Assembly (NCBI RefSeq): GCF_006345805.1
Contig: NC_042998.1
Span: 99,262,001-99,326,000 of the forward strand
Reading direction: 5' to 3'
Length of the DNA: 64,000 nucleotides
DNA from: Octopus sinensis
Lineage: Eukaryota
Shown here: positions 14,292 through 28,200 of the stretch, in pieces
Numbering within the stretch: the first letter of the stretch is position 1
How the letters are laid out: the number at the start of each line of letters is the position of its first letter
The notes under the pieces: model-generated
Told to the model about the DNA's origin: nothing
What the model saw: only the letters and a program-made list of their open reading frames with translations
Database searches by the model: none
Position numbers and translations under genes: made by a program

Positions 14292-14501
14292 TATATATAT
14301 TTGTAACACAAAGAATTTATAATATTACCCAACTAACTATCCCACTAAGATTCATCTTTCTGGGATGTTAAAATAGGTTGGTTTCATTCTCCTAAAATGT
14401 GTAGTCTTGTGTTTGTACTAGAAATCAATATTCTCTCATTTATCTTGAAATTTGAACTAAAAACCTTTTTTTTTTAAATGCACTTTTTCAATGTATTTTA
14501 G

Positions 14502-14577
14502 GCTGGAGCAAATATACAGATGGTTAATAAAGTTTCAGCAACTCCTCTAGATGTAGCAGCTATGTATAATAAGAAAG
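14502..14577 (+). CDS. Exon 4: AGANIQMVNKVSATPLDVAAMYNKK, ankyrin
   Basis: ttttag| and |gtaagt; 'GAN..N..TPL' pattern. Confidence 0.93.
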
Positions 14578-14829
14578 GTAAGTGATACACTTCTAGATTA
14601 CATCCTTGTTAAAGCTTTTTGTTTATTTGTTAGTCTGAATGGAGGCAGTGCAATGGCCATAATCTCTTTTAGTTATCTTGCAGGAGAGACAAGAATAGAG
14701 CTAACTGAAAAGGATTAGCATGGGTAATGATTGTTGCATTGTTGCATATGACCCGGGGCAACTTGTATTAGCAAACCTGTGATCACAATACTCCACCCAT
14801 GGCTATCTTACCTTTTATATTTATTTGCA

Positions 14830-15255
14830 TAACCAGCGTCTCCTTACTGGCACTTGAGCCCCGTGCTAGTAGGGGGCTAAGAGCACCATCCGAGTGTGAT
14901 CGTTGCCAGAGCAGCTAACTTGCTTCCGTGCCAGTGGCACGTAAAAGGCACCATTTGAGCATGATCGTTACCAGCATCGCCTTACTGGCACCTGTGCCGG
15001 TGGCATGTGTAAAAAGATTCAAGTGAGATCATTGCCAGTACTGCCTGACTGGTCCCCGTGCCAGTGGCACATAAAAGCACCCACTACACTCTCGGAGTGG
15101 TTGGCGTTAGGAAAGGCATCCAGCTGTAGAAACTCTGCCAGATCAAGATTGAAGCCTGGTGCAGCCATCTGGTTCACCAGCCCTCAGTCAAATCGTCCAA
15201 CCCATGCTAGCATGGAAAGCAGACGTTAAATGATGATGATGATGATGATGATGAT
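14830..15255 (+). mobile_element. RTE 3' UTR/tail repeat with VNTR. Other copies: ~1210-1290, 1850-2050, 5030-5250, 16075-16310, 19930-20140, 22950-23150, 23710-23915, 29080-29440, 41400-41752, 50985-51200, 59270-59420
   Basis: Shared gttggcgttaggaagggcatccagctgtagaaac...catggaaagcggacgttaaacgatgatgat. Confidence 0.85.
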
Positions 15256-16717
15256 ATAATTACAAACAAAACTATTCAATGTGTCGGGGTTTTTTTTTTT
15301 AGAGAGAAGGGTGTGATATGAAGAAGATTTAGCTGCTATTAGCTGATTGCATGGTCATAGCTTGGCTGCTATTATTAACTGGTTGCATAACTAGTAGAGA
15401 CCTTCTGGTCGGTTCATATGGATAATAGACATTCTGTATTGTTAAAAACTACCCTTACACAGTTACAAACCACTCTTCAATCATACTGTAAAGTATTGTA
15501 TTGTTTATTATTTGTTAGTTGGTAAGAGAAAGAGAAGGGAAAATGCCCAAAGCCTGTTAATTTTTAGCATCTCTAGAAAGTATTGTGGGATATTTGAATG
15601 AAGTTGGTACAATTAATATCTAGTTGAAATTAAGGCAGTGAGCTAGCAGAAACGTTAGCACACTGGGTGAAATGCTTAGTGACATTTCGTCTATGTTCTG
15701 AGTTCAAATTCCACCAAGGTTGACTTTACCTTTCACCCTTTTTTTTGGGGGGGGGGGTCAATAAATTAAGTCGATCTATTCAACTGGCCCCCTCCCCAAA
15801 AATTTCGGGCCTTGTGCCTAGAATAGAAAAGAATATTTAGTTGAAATTATTTCCAGCTAAAAGCTGGAAGGAAAACATTTGGTGCAGATTTAGATTTGGA
15901 AATGTGTTTAGTGGGCGAAATGTTGGAAAGGCAAGTGAGATTTAGGAGAGGATAGTATTAAGCGGTTGAGGTCAGGAATACAGGAACTTGTAATAATTCT
16001 AGAAGAGTTAAGAAAGAGATTTAGTTGGCTGGTGATGTCAGGTTGTTACTGAATACTGACTTGCATATTTGATATGTATCATCAACATCATCAGCATCAT
16101 CATCAACGTCATCATTTAACATCCATTCTCCATGCTGGCATGGGTTGGGCAGTTTGATTGGAACTGGCAAACCAGAGGGCTGAGCCAAGGTCTAGCATCT
16201 GTTTTGGCATGGTTTCTGTGGCTAGATGCCCTCCCTAACACCAATCACTTTACAGTGTGTACTGCATGCTTTTTTGTGGCTCCAGCACCTGTGAGGTTAC
16301 CAAGTAACTTGCTAGACAAGACAAAGTCCTCTCAACTGGGGAGGGGAGGGATAATATCAGCACTGTTTCTGCTTTTTGTGGGTGGGAGAGAATGCAATCA
16401 AAACTGTTCAGCAATTAAAAGAGATGTGGTTGACTTCTCTTGTGTACATCCTATAAAATTAACACCACTTGCAAACATTTTCTTGTTATTACAAAGACTA
16501 CAAGACTAATTATCAAATATCTTATCAGGACAAAAACTATGTACTATTTGACATTTCCATGATCGTGAACAAGAATACATTCACTGCCTGTTTTGGTTAA
16601 GATTCAAAATTAGCAAGAATTTAGAAGCATTCATACCATTCTTTAGATAATATGTTATTACTAGTTCTGTCTTTATAACTAATTAGGTTACTTCAAAGAT
16701 GGAACCATCTACTTATC

Positions 16718-16766
16718 ATATGATTATCCAAGTACTAACTAGTCATTAGTACTTGGATAATCATAT
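16718..16766. repeat. Perfect 21 bp hairpin with 7 nt loop
   Basis: atatgattatccaagtactaa-ctagtca-ttagtacttggataatcatat. Confidence 0.9.
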
Positions 16767-17065
16767 AATTGGTTGTATTAATGATTACAGTACACCTTAA
16801 GTATTGATTTCTTGTTGGTCTACTTAAAATCATGTAAGATTTCTTCAACTCCCATTGATATAATAAATCCTTATATATTGAATATAGGTATTCCTCTATT
16901 ACTATTAGTCATGCTCTTATTTGTGTTCTTGCTTGGATTTCTCTCTAATCAACTGTTTTCTAACCATTACTGAATTAAGGATTTTAATAAATTTATAAAT
17001 AAGGATTTTAATAGTTTTAATAATTATTTGGATATATTTCATTTGATTTGATAATCCATTTTTAG

Positions 17066-17252
17066 ATGCTGTTTCTACCCTCCTTGATCATGATAAAGAA
17101 GCACTAAAAGGTAACAGCCTTGCCCTTGTCGAGGCCTCGATACGAGGATATGCACCGATTGTCGAGATGTTGCTTAAGTATGGCATTAATCCAAATGTTG
17201 TCAACAAGTTGAAGGAAACAGCACCTTTGCATGAAGCAATACGGTTTTTTAG
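17066..17252 (+). CDS. Exon 5: DAVSTLLDHD...EASIRGYAPIVEMLLKYGINPNVVNKLKETAPLHEAIRFF, ankyrin
   Basis: ttttag| and |gtgagt; 61 open codons. Confidence 0.95.
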
Positions 17253-19289
17253 GTGAGTAAAAAAGAAATTCAGTGTAAGCTAAAAAATTTTGTTTTATTT
17301 AGTTATAATTTCTCAAAGTGGCAATAATAAAGTGGATAGATGTCCAGAGACATGGGCATTTAGCCATAAACTTACACTCTACTCTTGCGTTCATTTCAAA
17401 AAGGTACTTAACTCAACTTATTTCGGTCTACTGTACTGTAAATTATGTACTCAGGATAGGAATGTGTCTTGATGAATGTAGAAATGTATGTCTGATTTGG
17501 ATTATTGACAAGCTGTTTAATTGCTTACAGATCCTGACAAAACTGGTTTAGTAATCTTCTGCTCTCTAATGCTATGAATAGAATGTAGCTGAGAGAATCA
17601 TGAAATTACACTGCTAAATCCTGATTCATCTTTACTTAATCTTTTATGATTGTTTTCCTAATGAAATATTATGCCTATATGTTTCAGTTAATATTGAATG
17701 TAATGAAAATTTGGAGAGATTTTGTTTTAAAACTAATTTAATCATTATTAAATTACTGTTTAAAACAACTAAAAGTTCTAACATGAAGATTATGATGAAA
17801 GGTCTAAACTTGAATAAGAACACTTCAAAGAAGATGTTTTGTGCATTAGAACCAGAGACAGTCTCAGGTGGTATCAAGCCAGTTAAGATCCATGCATTGA
17901 CAATCCATCTTTATCTCTTCATGTTGAATTCATCTACATTCAAGCATCTAATTGAATAAAATATAATACTAGCCTATACTTAACGTATATACACTATCTG
18001 TACTCATGGTTGTTTGGTCAAGAAGTTTGTGTTGCAACCATGTACTTTCAGGTTTGATCCCACTGCATAGCATCTTGGACAAGTGTCTTGGACACCAGCC
18101 TCAGGTAGACCAATGCTTTCTGAGTGAAATTTGTTGATATGAAACTATGCAGAAGCCCATTCTGTGGGGGTGGGGTGGGGGTTTTGCATATCTTAGTATT
18201 GACACAACTTTGGCAGCAATTTCATTGTTTCTGTCTCCCCAAAAATAGAAATATTTAATACAGTCAAATATGCAAAGGAGTGGAATAAATTACTTAACAT
18301 GAAAAATAAGGAGTGACATCAGAAGGACATCCATTGCAAAGAACTTCCTCAAGAAGTCTTGTCCAATACTTTGCCATCAGAATAGTTTTCTTTTCAGTAA
18401 ATTGAATAGCATTACCTGTCACAAGTTTAATTCTACTCCTCCTAGCTTTATATTGGTTCTCTTCTAAAGTCTGATTAAATTTATTACAGACAGAACTTTC
18501 AAATTATTATTGCCACTAATTGCTTTTGCTTAAAATTTTGGCTTACACTTTTGATTTACATGTCAATGAGGTGACTCTCCACAGTTACTTGACCTGTCAG
18601 AAATGGCAACCAAATCCACTCAGGTTAAAAATAGAAACATAGGATAATGTAGTGGATAAACTATGTCTTAATAAAAGATCAATTAATGATGGCTGCAATG
18701 CCTTTGGGGTGGGTCTTTTCAACTACTGCTGAGCAACCACAACTTGATAAATTTTTACTGAACATCTAATCTAAATTGAAGATTACCTCCTAATTCTGTC
18801 AGCTTACCTGGGCTGCTAATTTACCTCTTCTTCCCTTTACCTCTTTAACTTCACTTGGTAATTTCCATAAAATGGCTAATCAACACCTTTTCAAGGTACA
18901 AACATAAACCACACGCTGGTTTCTGGCCACACATGTTGTTTTACACTTTTTTGTGTTATACCATTTACCCCAGATCCCTTTGATTCCAGATCCTGTTTCC
19001 AAATGTCAAGTTTGCCATCACAGTATCTTTCTGTTTTCTACATCTTGAACCAAACTGGTGTAAATGACTGAGCATCAAGTATGATGATGAAGAGTAGTGG
19101 GCTTAGATGAAAGCCTCGCTGGACATTGACTTTTACGGTCATTAATCCTTACCCAATAAATTCAGGTAAGGATTAATGGCATATCTAGTGAGGAACTCAA
19201 TACTATCATAAAATTGAGCTTTACAAATATGACAAATATAAAAAAATGTTTAATGAAAATTATGTCTTTAATCCTATGGATAATCTTAA

Positions 19290-19508
19290 CCCTTTAGCAT
19301 TCAGATAACTCTGTCAAATGTAATGATTATTTATTTACTTTGTTTTGAATTAACCATGGATTATCTTGTAGCTTTGAGATTTTGAAGATGTAATTGTTTA
19401 TTTTTAAGATGACATTGTAGGGTAAGTGTGAGAGGCTAAATCTGGATAATTAAACATAAAACAGGTTGACTATTTGGACTGGATATGGCCAGTTTAAATG
19501 CTAAAGGG
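19290..19508 (+). mobile_element. piggyBac-type MITE (219 bp)
   Basis: ttaa|ccctttagcatt ... aatgctaaaggg|ctaa: TIRs and a TTAA-type target site. Confidence 0.85.
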
Positions 19509-19782
19509 CTAACAGTTAATGAATATTACAATAGAATACATGGACATGCTTCTAGCATGTGTATATCCATGAATGTGACATATGATGATGTTAATTATCA
19601 GAGATTAAACTCAGCTAAATACATAGTGTAGGTTTTTAAAAAATTTTTTACTGGTTACATTGGTCAACCCAAAGCCATAGTAGAAGATACATGCATAAGA
19701 TGCCACATGGTGATACTGAACCCAAAACTATGTTTTGTGAAGTGCACTTCAGAACTACACAAATATGTCTGTGCTTACACAT

Positions 19783-19821
<39 letters not shown>

Positions 19822-20179
19822 AACTCTTTCATTAACTGAGATTAATACAACAGTAGCATAAATCTCTAGGACTTTGAGTCACTCCTATAGTATTCTCAGC
19901 AAATATAAGATTATATATATATATATATATATCATCATCATCATCATCATCGTTTAACGTCCGTTCTCCATGCAAGCATGGGTTGGACGGTTCGACCGGG
20001 GATCTGGGAAGCCAGAAGGCTGCACCAGGCTCCAGTCTTATCTGGCAATGTTTCTACACCTGGATGCCCTTCCTAACGCCAACCACTCCATGAGTGTAGT
20101 GGGTGCTTTTTACGTGCCACCTGCACAGGTGCCAGGCGAGGCTGCCCTAATAATAATAATAATAATAATAAAAATAATA

Positions 20180-20393
20180 ATCCTTTCTACTACAGGCACA
20201 AGGCCTGAAATTTTAGAGGAGAAGGAGAGTCGATCTCACTGACCCCAGTACTTGACTGGTATTTAATTTATTGACCCCGAAAGGATGAAAGATAAAATCG
20301 ACCTTGGTGGAATTTGAATCAGAACGTAAGGGCAGACAAAATGCCACCAAGCATTTTGGCCGGCATACTAACGATTCTGCCAGCTCACCGCCC
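20180..20393 (-). mobile_element. tRNA-derived SINE family A with (ATT)n tail. Copies also at 15632-15838, 28512-28727, 28731-28948, 36480-36690, 47070-47304, 49018-49224 (+) and 32020-32455, 41890-42095 (-)
   Basis: ggc.gtgagctggcagaa head, ttctgagttcaaattc B-box, gcctttcatcctttcggggtcgataaa central domain, aggccttgtgcc...gaaaggattatt end. Confidence 0.85.
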
Positions 20394-22359
20394 TAATAAT
20401 AATAATAATAATAATAATAATGATGATGAAGATGATGATAATCCTTTCTATTATAGGCACAAGGCCAAGATTTTCTAGGGAGGGGAACAATCGATCACAT
20501 CGATCCCCAGTCGTCAACTGCTACTTAATTTATCAACCCATATATATACATACATACGTACATACATACATACATGTGTATATGCATACATACATACATA
20601 TATATATATATGTATATTGTGTGTGGGGGGGCTTTGTGTAAATTTTTAGCCTTTGCCCAATGCTCCTTTTATTACTTTAACTGAACCTGATATATTATGG
20701 TTCTTGTTTTATTTATCTTAGACATATGAAAATTAAAGATGACTAGTTAGAACTGAACTCAAAAACATGGAAATTCAAACTAAATATTCTAAAACAAAGA
20801 ATTCAATTCTCTTCAATTGTGACTATTTTATTACTGCAATATAAATTAATATGTTTTTTATTGGCCAAAGATAATTTTTTAGAAGATGGGTATATCAATT
20901 GATTGAATTATATGACTAATGATTATTTTATTGAACAATATAAGACTGAAAGTCGATTTGATGACTCCAATAAAATTTGAACTCAGATTGCAGAGACCCG
21001 AATTTAAATGTTAGTCAAGCACTCTACTGTATTAGCCACTTTCTCAGTCATAATTATTGTAAGGGACCTTTTATGTTGTTGCATGATCGTCTAGAAATAG
21101 TGTCCAAATTTCCTTATCACCTTTTAAAAACAAAGGATACAATTAAATAATGTAATCCAAGATATTACTAAAAGGATAGGTTGGTCATGACTGCAATGTT
21201 TTTGGTGATAGATCTGCTCAATCAGAACTAAATTATCACAATAAGAAAATTATTATTAGAAAAAAATGTTTCTAATTTAGACACAATGCCAGCAACTTTG
21301 AAGGGAGGGGATTAGATGATACCAATCACCCAAATATTGAAGTAGTACTTTATTTTATTGACCCTGGAGTGATGGAAAGCAAGTCATTATACTTGAAATA
21401 TAATTACATATTGATTCATATCATGTCTCAGCTTTACTGATGTCTAAAATTACCATATTTGATGGCATGGAAGATGCATTTTTTTTACCAAAAAAGTATC
21501 TCCAAAAAATACACACAGCTGGAGGCACTTGAAAGAAAACATTGAAAAAATACATATACACACACAGCTGGAGAGACTCAAAAGAAAACATAGCAGTTCA
21601 AACCCACACACACCAAAGAGAAGGAAAACCTTAATTCCTTAATAAAATTCTTAACAAGACATTTATCACAACATACCCACCCACCGTGGAGAATGGTGAC
21701 ATACAGTAAAAGAGGGAATACAAAAGAGTGACAGAGAGAGAGAGAGGAGAAATGGAAAGAAAGGAAGAGACGTAAACAAGAGACTATGGTACCTGCCAGA
21801 GGGAGTGTTTGTCCAGGATAGGACTACACAGCCACAGCAGGAAATGTATTAGGACTAGACTATAAAAAAAAATTTTTTTAAACATGCAACTCCATTGTCT
21901 CTTGAGACAGAAAGGATGCCAATACCCACCCATTAACACACAGCTGGTCACATTCCAAACATATTGAAAGGACATTCAACACAGTACACACACACACACA
22001 TACACACAGCTGGACATTAAACCCATTTAATAAATGCTTTTAAGCCACTCCCTCAGCAGGAGGAACTTTTTTAGACAATAGACAACTACACTAGGCTTTA
22101 CCAAAAAACACAAGACTAATCCCCAAACAGAAGATAAATACAAAATGTTTTTATTAATATTTGAAACATGTTGTTGTTTTTTCTGTTTTCCCGTTTGGAT
22201 TAACCTTATATATATATATATATATATACAAAATTTTTTTTAATCATTTTATCAATTTCTTCCTAAATTAAAATGTCTTAAATTTACTTGTGTTGTTTCC
22301 ACCTCCATCTTTTATATATATAAATTTGATTTGTAGAGATCTCTAATCTTTTCTCAACT

Positions 22360-22396
22360 ATATATATATATATATACACACAATATATATATATAT

Positions 22397-22428
<32 letters not shown>

Positions 22429-22464
22429 GTGTGTGTGTGTGTACATATATATATTTACACACAC

Positions 22465-22560
<96 letters not shown>
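22360..22560. repeat. Compound (TA)n/(TG)n/(CA)n microsatellite
   Basis: Directly visible. Confidence 0.95.
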
Positions 22561-23157
22561 CACTAGTATATAAATTCACAACTCCTTGATCTGCCTCCAG
22601 TTTCATAACTCCCAGCACTTGAGTCATCTCTGTTGCTTCTGCTAAATATTAATGAAAATATATATACTCATGTTTTGACTTCTTTTTTTCCTGTTTGCAA
22701 CACCAAACATGTTTACACACACACATTGATATCACATGTCTTTTCATGTCCTGTATTCATATCTTCACATCTCTTGTAGACTTTTCCGTAGCTTTATGTG
22801 TCCTGGATCATATTATCTCTACAACTGTTTAACAACATTGAAATCCCTGTTTAGTACTTCTAATAATGTTTTGTATATATTCATATCAAAGTTTGTATGT
22901 CTTCATATTGTATGTTCTCATGTCCAAGTTAAATACTTTCACATCTTGATATCATCATCATCATCATTATCATCATTTAATATCTGTTGCCCATGCTGGC
23001 ATGGGTTGGGTGGTTTGACCAGGCTGGCAACCTGGAAGGCTGCACCAGAATCCAGTCTGATTTGGCATAGTTTCCACGGCTGGATGTCCTTCCTAATGCC
23101 AACCACTCTGAGAGTGTAATGGGTGTTTTTATGTGCCACCGGCACAGGTGCCAGTTG

Positions 23158-23188
<31 letters not shown>

Positions 23189-23514
23189 TATATATATCAT
23201 CATCATCATCATTATTTTTTAACGTCTGTTGTCCATACTGGATGGTTTGACCAGGGCTAGTAATCTGAGGGGCTGCACCAGACTATTCATGAACTAGTTT
23301 GTATCTCCTCTTATGAATTATTTATTTTCTTGTCCGATTTGTATCTTTTGATGTCCAAGTTTGTATCTTTTTATGTACTAGTTAATATATTTTCATGTCG
23401 TAATTTGTATATTTTCATATCTTCTATTATGATATTTCATGTCTACTTCTGTTTGACATATTTTGTCCTATTCTATGTTTTTTCTAACCTCTACCACCAA
23501 AACTGCCTCTAAAA

Positions 23515-24203
23515 CAGGGGTGGGGAAACTTTTTAGTGCAGCAGACGAAAGTTTACAAAGAAAAAGGTCTGCAGGCAGATCACAAGTTCTAACTTTTATA
23601 TCTGTGTATATCTATGTATAATTCGATATACATTAATAGAGGTAAATTTAACACATTAAATTAACATGTAACATCTTCATTAACGCCACCAATGAATTTA
23701 GGACATTTGTACCACCTTTGCCAGTGGCACGTAAAAAGCACCCGCTACACTTACGGAGTGGTTGGCATTAGGAAGGGTATCCAGCTGTAGAAACGCTGCC
23801 AGATCAGACTGGAGCCTGGTGCATCCTCCTGGCTTCCCAGACCCCGGTTGAACTGTCCAACCCATAACATGGAAAACGGACGTTAAACGATGATGATGAT
23901 GATGATGATGATGAGGTTTTTATATTTTTCAGCTAGAGTGTAGTTGGGTCTCAAGAGGGTGGTACAAACCTAGCAATATGTGTTTTATAGTGAAAAAAAA
24001 ATTTCCATTTGAATGGCAATTACCTGATGAGTTTCTGTTTGAGTCTAACAATTATAAGTCATCGTGGAAATGCAACCTATGTCGCAAATTGGCACATGAA
24101 TATTGTATAAATTTTATAATTGGAAAATTTACTATATTTTGTACATACAAGTATATCAGCCTGTGGGCGAATTAAATGGACTTGCTGGGGGTTCCCACCC
24201 CTG
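23515..24203. mobile_element. Non-autonomous hAT element with nested RTE-tail insertion
   Basis: TIR caggggtggg / cccacccctg; perfect 8 bp TSD ctctaaaa at 23507-23514 and 24204-24211. Confidence 0.9.
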
Positions 24204-24346
24204 CTCTAAAACCTCCTCTGCTACTGCCATTTTCTAGATCTTGTATAGTTTCATTTTATCCTTTATAAAATGAAACTATAGATCTTCTATTGTTTCATGT
24301 ATCCCTTATAAAAATTAATGGTTAATCCTTTTCATAATTTTTGCAG

Positions 24347-24413
24347 ACTGCAAGTAGCTGAGAGGTTATTACAATATGGTGCAAAAACAGATGTTGCCAA
24401 TCCAGCTGGAGAG
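24347..24413 (+). CDS. Exon 6: LQVAERLLQYGAKTDVANPAGE, ankyrin
   Basis: ttgcag| and |gtaaat. Confidence 0.93.
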
Positions 24414-24884
24414 GTAAATGCATTTAATTTGATGATATTTGTATTTGATGGTGTCCTAGGTGTGATATGTTGGTAGAATCATTACAGTGTTGGAGAAAAC
24501 TCCTTGTTGCAGCTACTTACATTTTAAGCTCAAACCCTGCTGAAGTGTCAAGTAGTGGGATCAATTTCATTAACTAATCCCCACCACCACCACTAATTAA
24601 GATTTTGTGTCTAACTCAGAAATCAGTACTAAATAATGTCTATTTGGATTTTATTGTATTAATATTATAGGTCCAAAAGATTTTACTAAGACAAAAATGT
24701 TCAATTCTTTTAAAATTTTTAATTGTGTATGAATGATTGAGTGCATACGTGTGTGAGGTGAGGATATAAGATTTTGGAAAACTTTGACATTAAAAGAGAC
24801 AGAAATCAACAACAATTCATTAACTGAGAAATTCTATTTTACATATAATATTTTCTTTTTCTTTTTTTTTTTTTTTCATTTCAG

Positions 24885-24951
24885 ACCCCTTTAAAAATGG
24901 TGAAAGACTTGCCAAGAGATAGGCCAAATGAATTTCAGCGGTTATTTGATG
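24885..24951 (+). CDS. Exon 7: TPLKMVKDLPRDRPNEFQRLFD
   Basis: Long poly-T tract then tttcag|, and |gtaagt; completes the 'GETPL' motif. Confidence 0.93.
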
Positions 24952-26713
24952 GTAAGTAAAGAAATCCATCAATGTTTAATGTATCAAGCTGAAAGTTCAC
25001 CAACTGTAGTTAATATTTTGTTGTTTTTACTTTATTGTGGGGAAGTGGACAGTGTTACTCATAATTCCTTATATCTACAATATATGAGTGTAGACATGGT
25101 TGTGTTCTTAACAAGTACACTTCACAACTACGTGCTTCTTGGTTTGATACCAAAAACTGATACATTGAACTCTAATCTATTGTAATTTCAATTTTACTAT
25201 TTGGCAGCCAAATATCTCTTAATTAACTCCAAACATATCTGTTGTGTATTTGCAACACTGTTATCAATCAGGTTTTCTGTTGTTTTTAAGAAGATATAAC
25301 ATTTTATTCAGATCAGCTCTTTAATATTTAAACTGGCCAGATCCAACCTCTCACACCAACCCTACAATGTCGTTCTTAAAATAAACAATCACTTCAGTGA
25401 AATCACAGAGCTACAAGATAATGCAGGGTTAATTCAAAACAATTTGAATAAATGAGGATTACATTTGACAGAGTAATCTGAATATTAAAGGGTTAAGTGG
25501 GCCTGTCCCCAAACTCTGTGTAAATACCATTATTGCTTGGTGAAACAACATCTAGGGAGAAACCTTATAATAAGTCTGGAGTGGAGTCCCTAAAGTACAT
25601 AGTGTTTGACTTGACATTCTTCTTGCAAGTCTTGTAGTCAGCTTGGTGCCAACCATACTGCTCTTTTGTACAGCATGCAGTCAAGAGGATGTATAGAAAT
25701 CCTGACCAACCCAGGATATCCATACACCAAGCACAGGAAATGGTTACCCTCCTATATTGGAGTGCAGCTCAAATTCTGAATAACCATTATTTCTTGAGTT
25801 AGAGGAAAACCAAAGAAAGGTAAATTTATGACATGCTTATTTGAGAGGGTTGGTCACATGAGAGTGACCTTGAGTTCAGGACTTAGACTATGCAGATATA
25901 ATGTATCCAGTACATCAAATTTGGCCATACCAACTTTACTGTGATGCAGGTTGTCCTAATATATATGACTGGTGGATCAACATTGTACAACAATAAGAAT
26001 TCAGCTGTTTCATCAACTGAATTATCTGCTCCTGAATTAATATGGAATCAGCCAAGCATCACACAAACGTAGGTACCCTTAATGTAATTTTCAGACAGAA
26101 TCATCGTGATACCAGTGTGTAGCAAGGCTGTACCTTTTGAAATACAACCCACCCAGGGGGCTTCTTTACAGTTTCTGCCTCCCAAAGTTTGCTCAAAAGT
26201 GATGGGTTAATCCTGAGGTTATAGAAACTGACACTTGCCTAAGATGCCACACAATGGAATCAAACTGAGGACCTTGAGGTTATGAAGCAAACTTCTTAAC
26301 TATCCAGTCATACTACACCTACAAAAAACTGGATGTACTATCATATTAGAGAAAAGTGGAGGTGCGTGGCTTAGTGGTTAGGGTGTTACACTCATGATCA
26401 TAAGATTGTGGTTTCGATTCCTGTACCACATTGCTCCAGTCCACTCAGCTGACAAAAATGAGTAATCCTGCACCAGACTGGCATTCCATCCAGGTGAAAA
26501 ATATATACACCATAGAATCCAGGAAACTGGCTTTATGGGCCTTTGGCTAGAGAAGACATGTTAAAAAAAGCCCCTTAGTATTTCAATGAAAATACTCATG
26601 ATGCTACATTTTAACCCATCCAAGAAAAATTCTGTGACAGCTTGCAGTTTGAACTTACATATGACTTCAGCTTCCTCACTTAATACTCATTGCTATTGCT
26701 ATTGCTATTTCAG

Positions 26714-26797
26714 AATACAGCACAGGAGAATTAAGACGTGCCCATGTACAGTTTAATAGCTCTTTTGTAGAACGTCGAAAAAAATCTTATATCAAAA
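26714..26797 (+). CDS. Exon 8: EYSTGELRRAHVQFNSSFVERRKKSYIK, basic linker
   Basis: tttcag| and |gtaagg; phases match both neighbours. Confidence 0.88.
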
Positions 26798-28015
26798 GTA
26801 AGGACTATTGGATTTTGTTTTGTATTTTTTCTGAAACATTTCATTTCATTCTGTTTTAGTTATGTTATTTGTGTATAAGAATGGACAGTGCATGGGAGTG
26901 GTAGTGCATGCACCTGTCATCATCATTGAATGTCCACTTTTCCATGCTTTTATAAATCAGATGGAATTTATTAAGGCAGCTTTTCTATGGCTGGATGCCC
27001 TTTCTGTCACCAACCCACAACTGTTTCCAAGCTAGATGATATTTCCTGTGACCAGACATTTTCCACAGAAGACTGAAAACAAACAACACCACTTGTATAA
27101 CAGTGATGCTTGCTTACTACCATCACATGATGTCAAGACATGGGCACACACACACACACACAAACATACACATGTGTGTGTGTGCATGCATGTGTGTGCA
27201 CACATACATACAATGGGCTTCTTTCAGTCTCTATCTACCAAATCCACTCACAAGGCTTTGGTTGGCCCAGTAAAACAATATACCAAGATGCTGTGCAATG
27301 GCACTGAACCCAGGACCACCTGGTCAGAAATCAAACTTCCTAATCACACAACGATACCAGTATATTTGAAAATGCATCCATGCACACTGTATTTGAAAAT
27401 GTCCTCATGTGGTGCTATCAGACAAGTCAAATTGGTGGAGCCTATCCCTCTCTAAATCTCACTCTAGAATTTGAATTCTACAGAGACTTAACCTTGACAC
27501 AAAGCTTTCATTGGTGACACAGCAGCCAAAACTCTTTTCATGATAGTTCATCTGAGACTTTTTTTCTTTTAAGATGCTCATATCTAAATTAAAATCTTCC
27601 CTGATAATTTTATGTAAGAACCTTTTTTTAAGTTATGTTCCAATTGCCAGCTTGATAACATAGAAAGTTATTTTACCAAATTCCCTCAAATTGTTGATTA
27701 TTTCCAAAATTCATCTGCAGTATATTTCATTAGTAATATGACCATAAAAGGGTTAAAAGCTACAGGTGTTTTTCTTCATGTGTGCATGTGTGTGTGAGTG
27801 CATGAGTGTATATTATGAGTACATGTGTGTGTGAGTAAGTGCATGTGTATGTGAGTGCTTGTGTGTGTGTGTGTGTGTGCCTACATGTGTTCCTGGAAAA
27901 TATTTGTTCAAAGAATAATTTAGACTAATTCTTTGATTTTTCTTTCTCAAAACTATTATTTATTGCTAACGTGATTATTCATTTGTGTATTTATTTGTTT
28001 GTTTGTTTCTGTTAG

Positions 28016-28114
28016 AATATCCGGAACTTGAAAATAACATGAAATGGACAGAAAACTCGCCAAGTTATTGCAGTTGTTGTACTGCAATGAGTCCAAATAC
28101 TAATATTTTAGATA
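28016..28114 (+). CDS. Exon 9: KYPELENNMKWTENSPSYCSCCTAMSPNTNILD, start of F5/8C-like domain
   Basis: gttag| and |gtaagt; 'NILD' resembles the discoidin-family N.LD motif. Confidence 0.9.
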
Positions 28115-28200
28115 GTAAGTACTGTGTGTCATTCTCCTGACTATATGTGCATGTGTAAATATATATATATTATATATATATATAATATATATATATATAT

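Noticed and set aside
21520-22210. Possible Penelope coding remnant before the (TA)n tract
   Set aside because: No GIY-YIG or RT motif could be read in any frame.
26357-26425. tRNA gene calls for SINE heads (also 52300-52365, 5766-5830)
   Set aside because: A and B boxes are present, but acceptor stems do not close and the sequences continue into SINE bodies.
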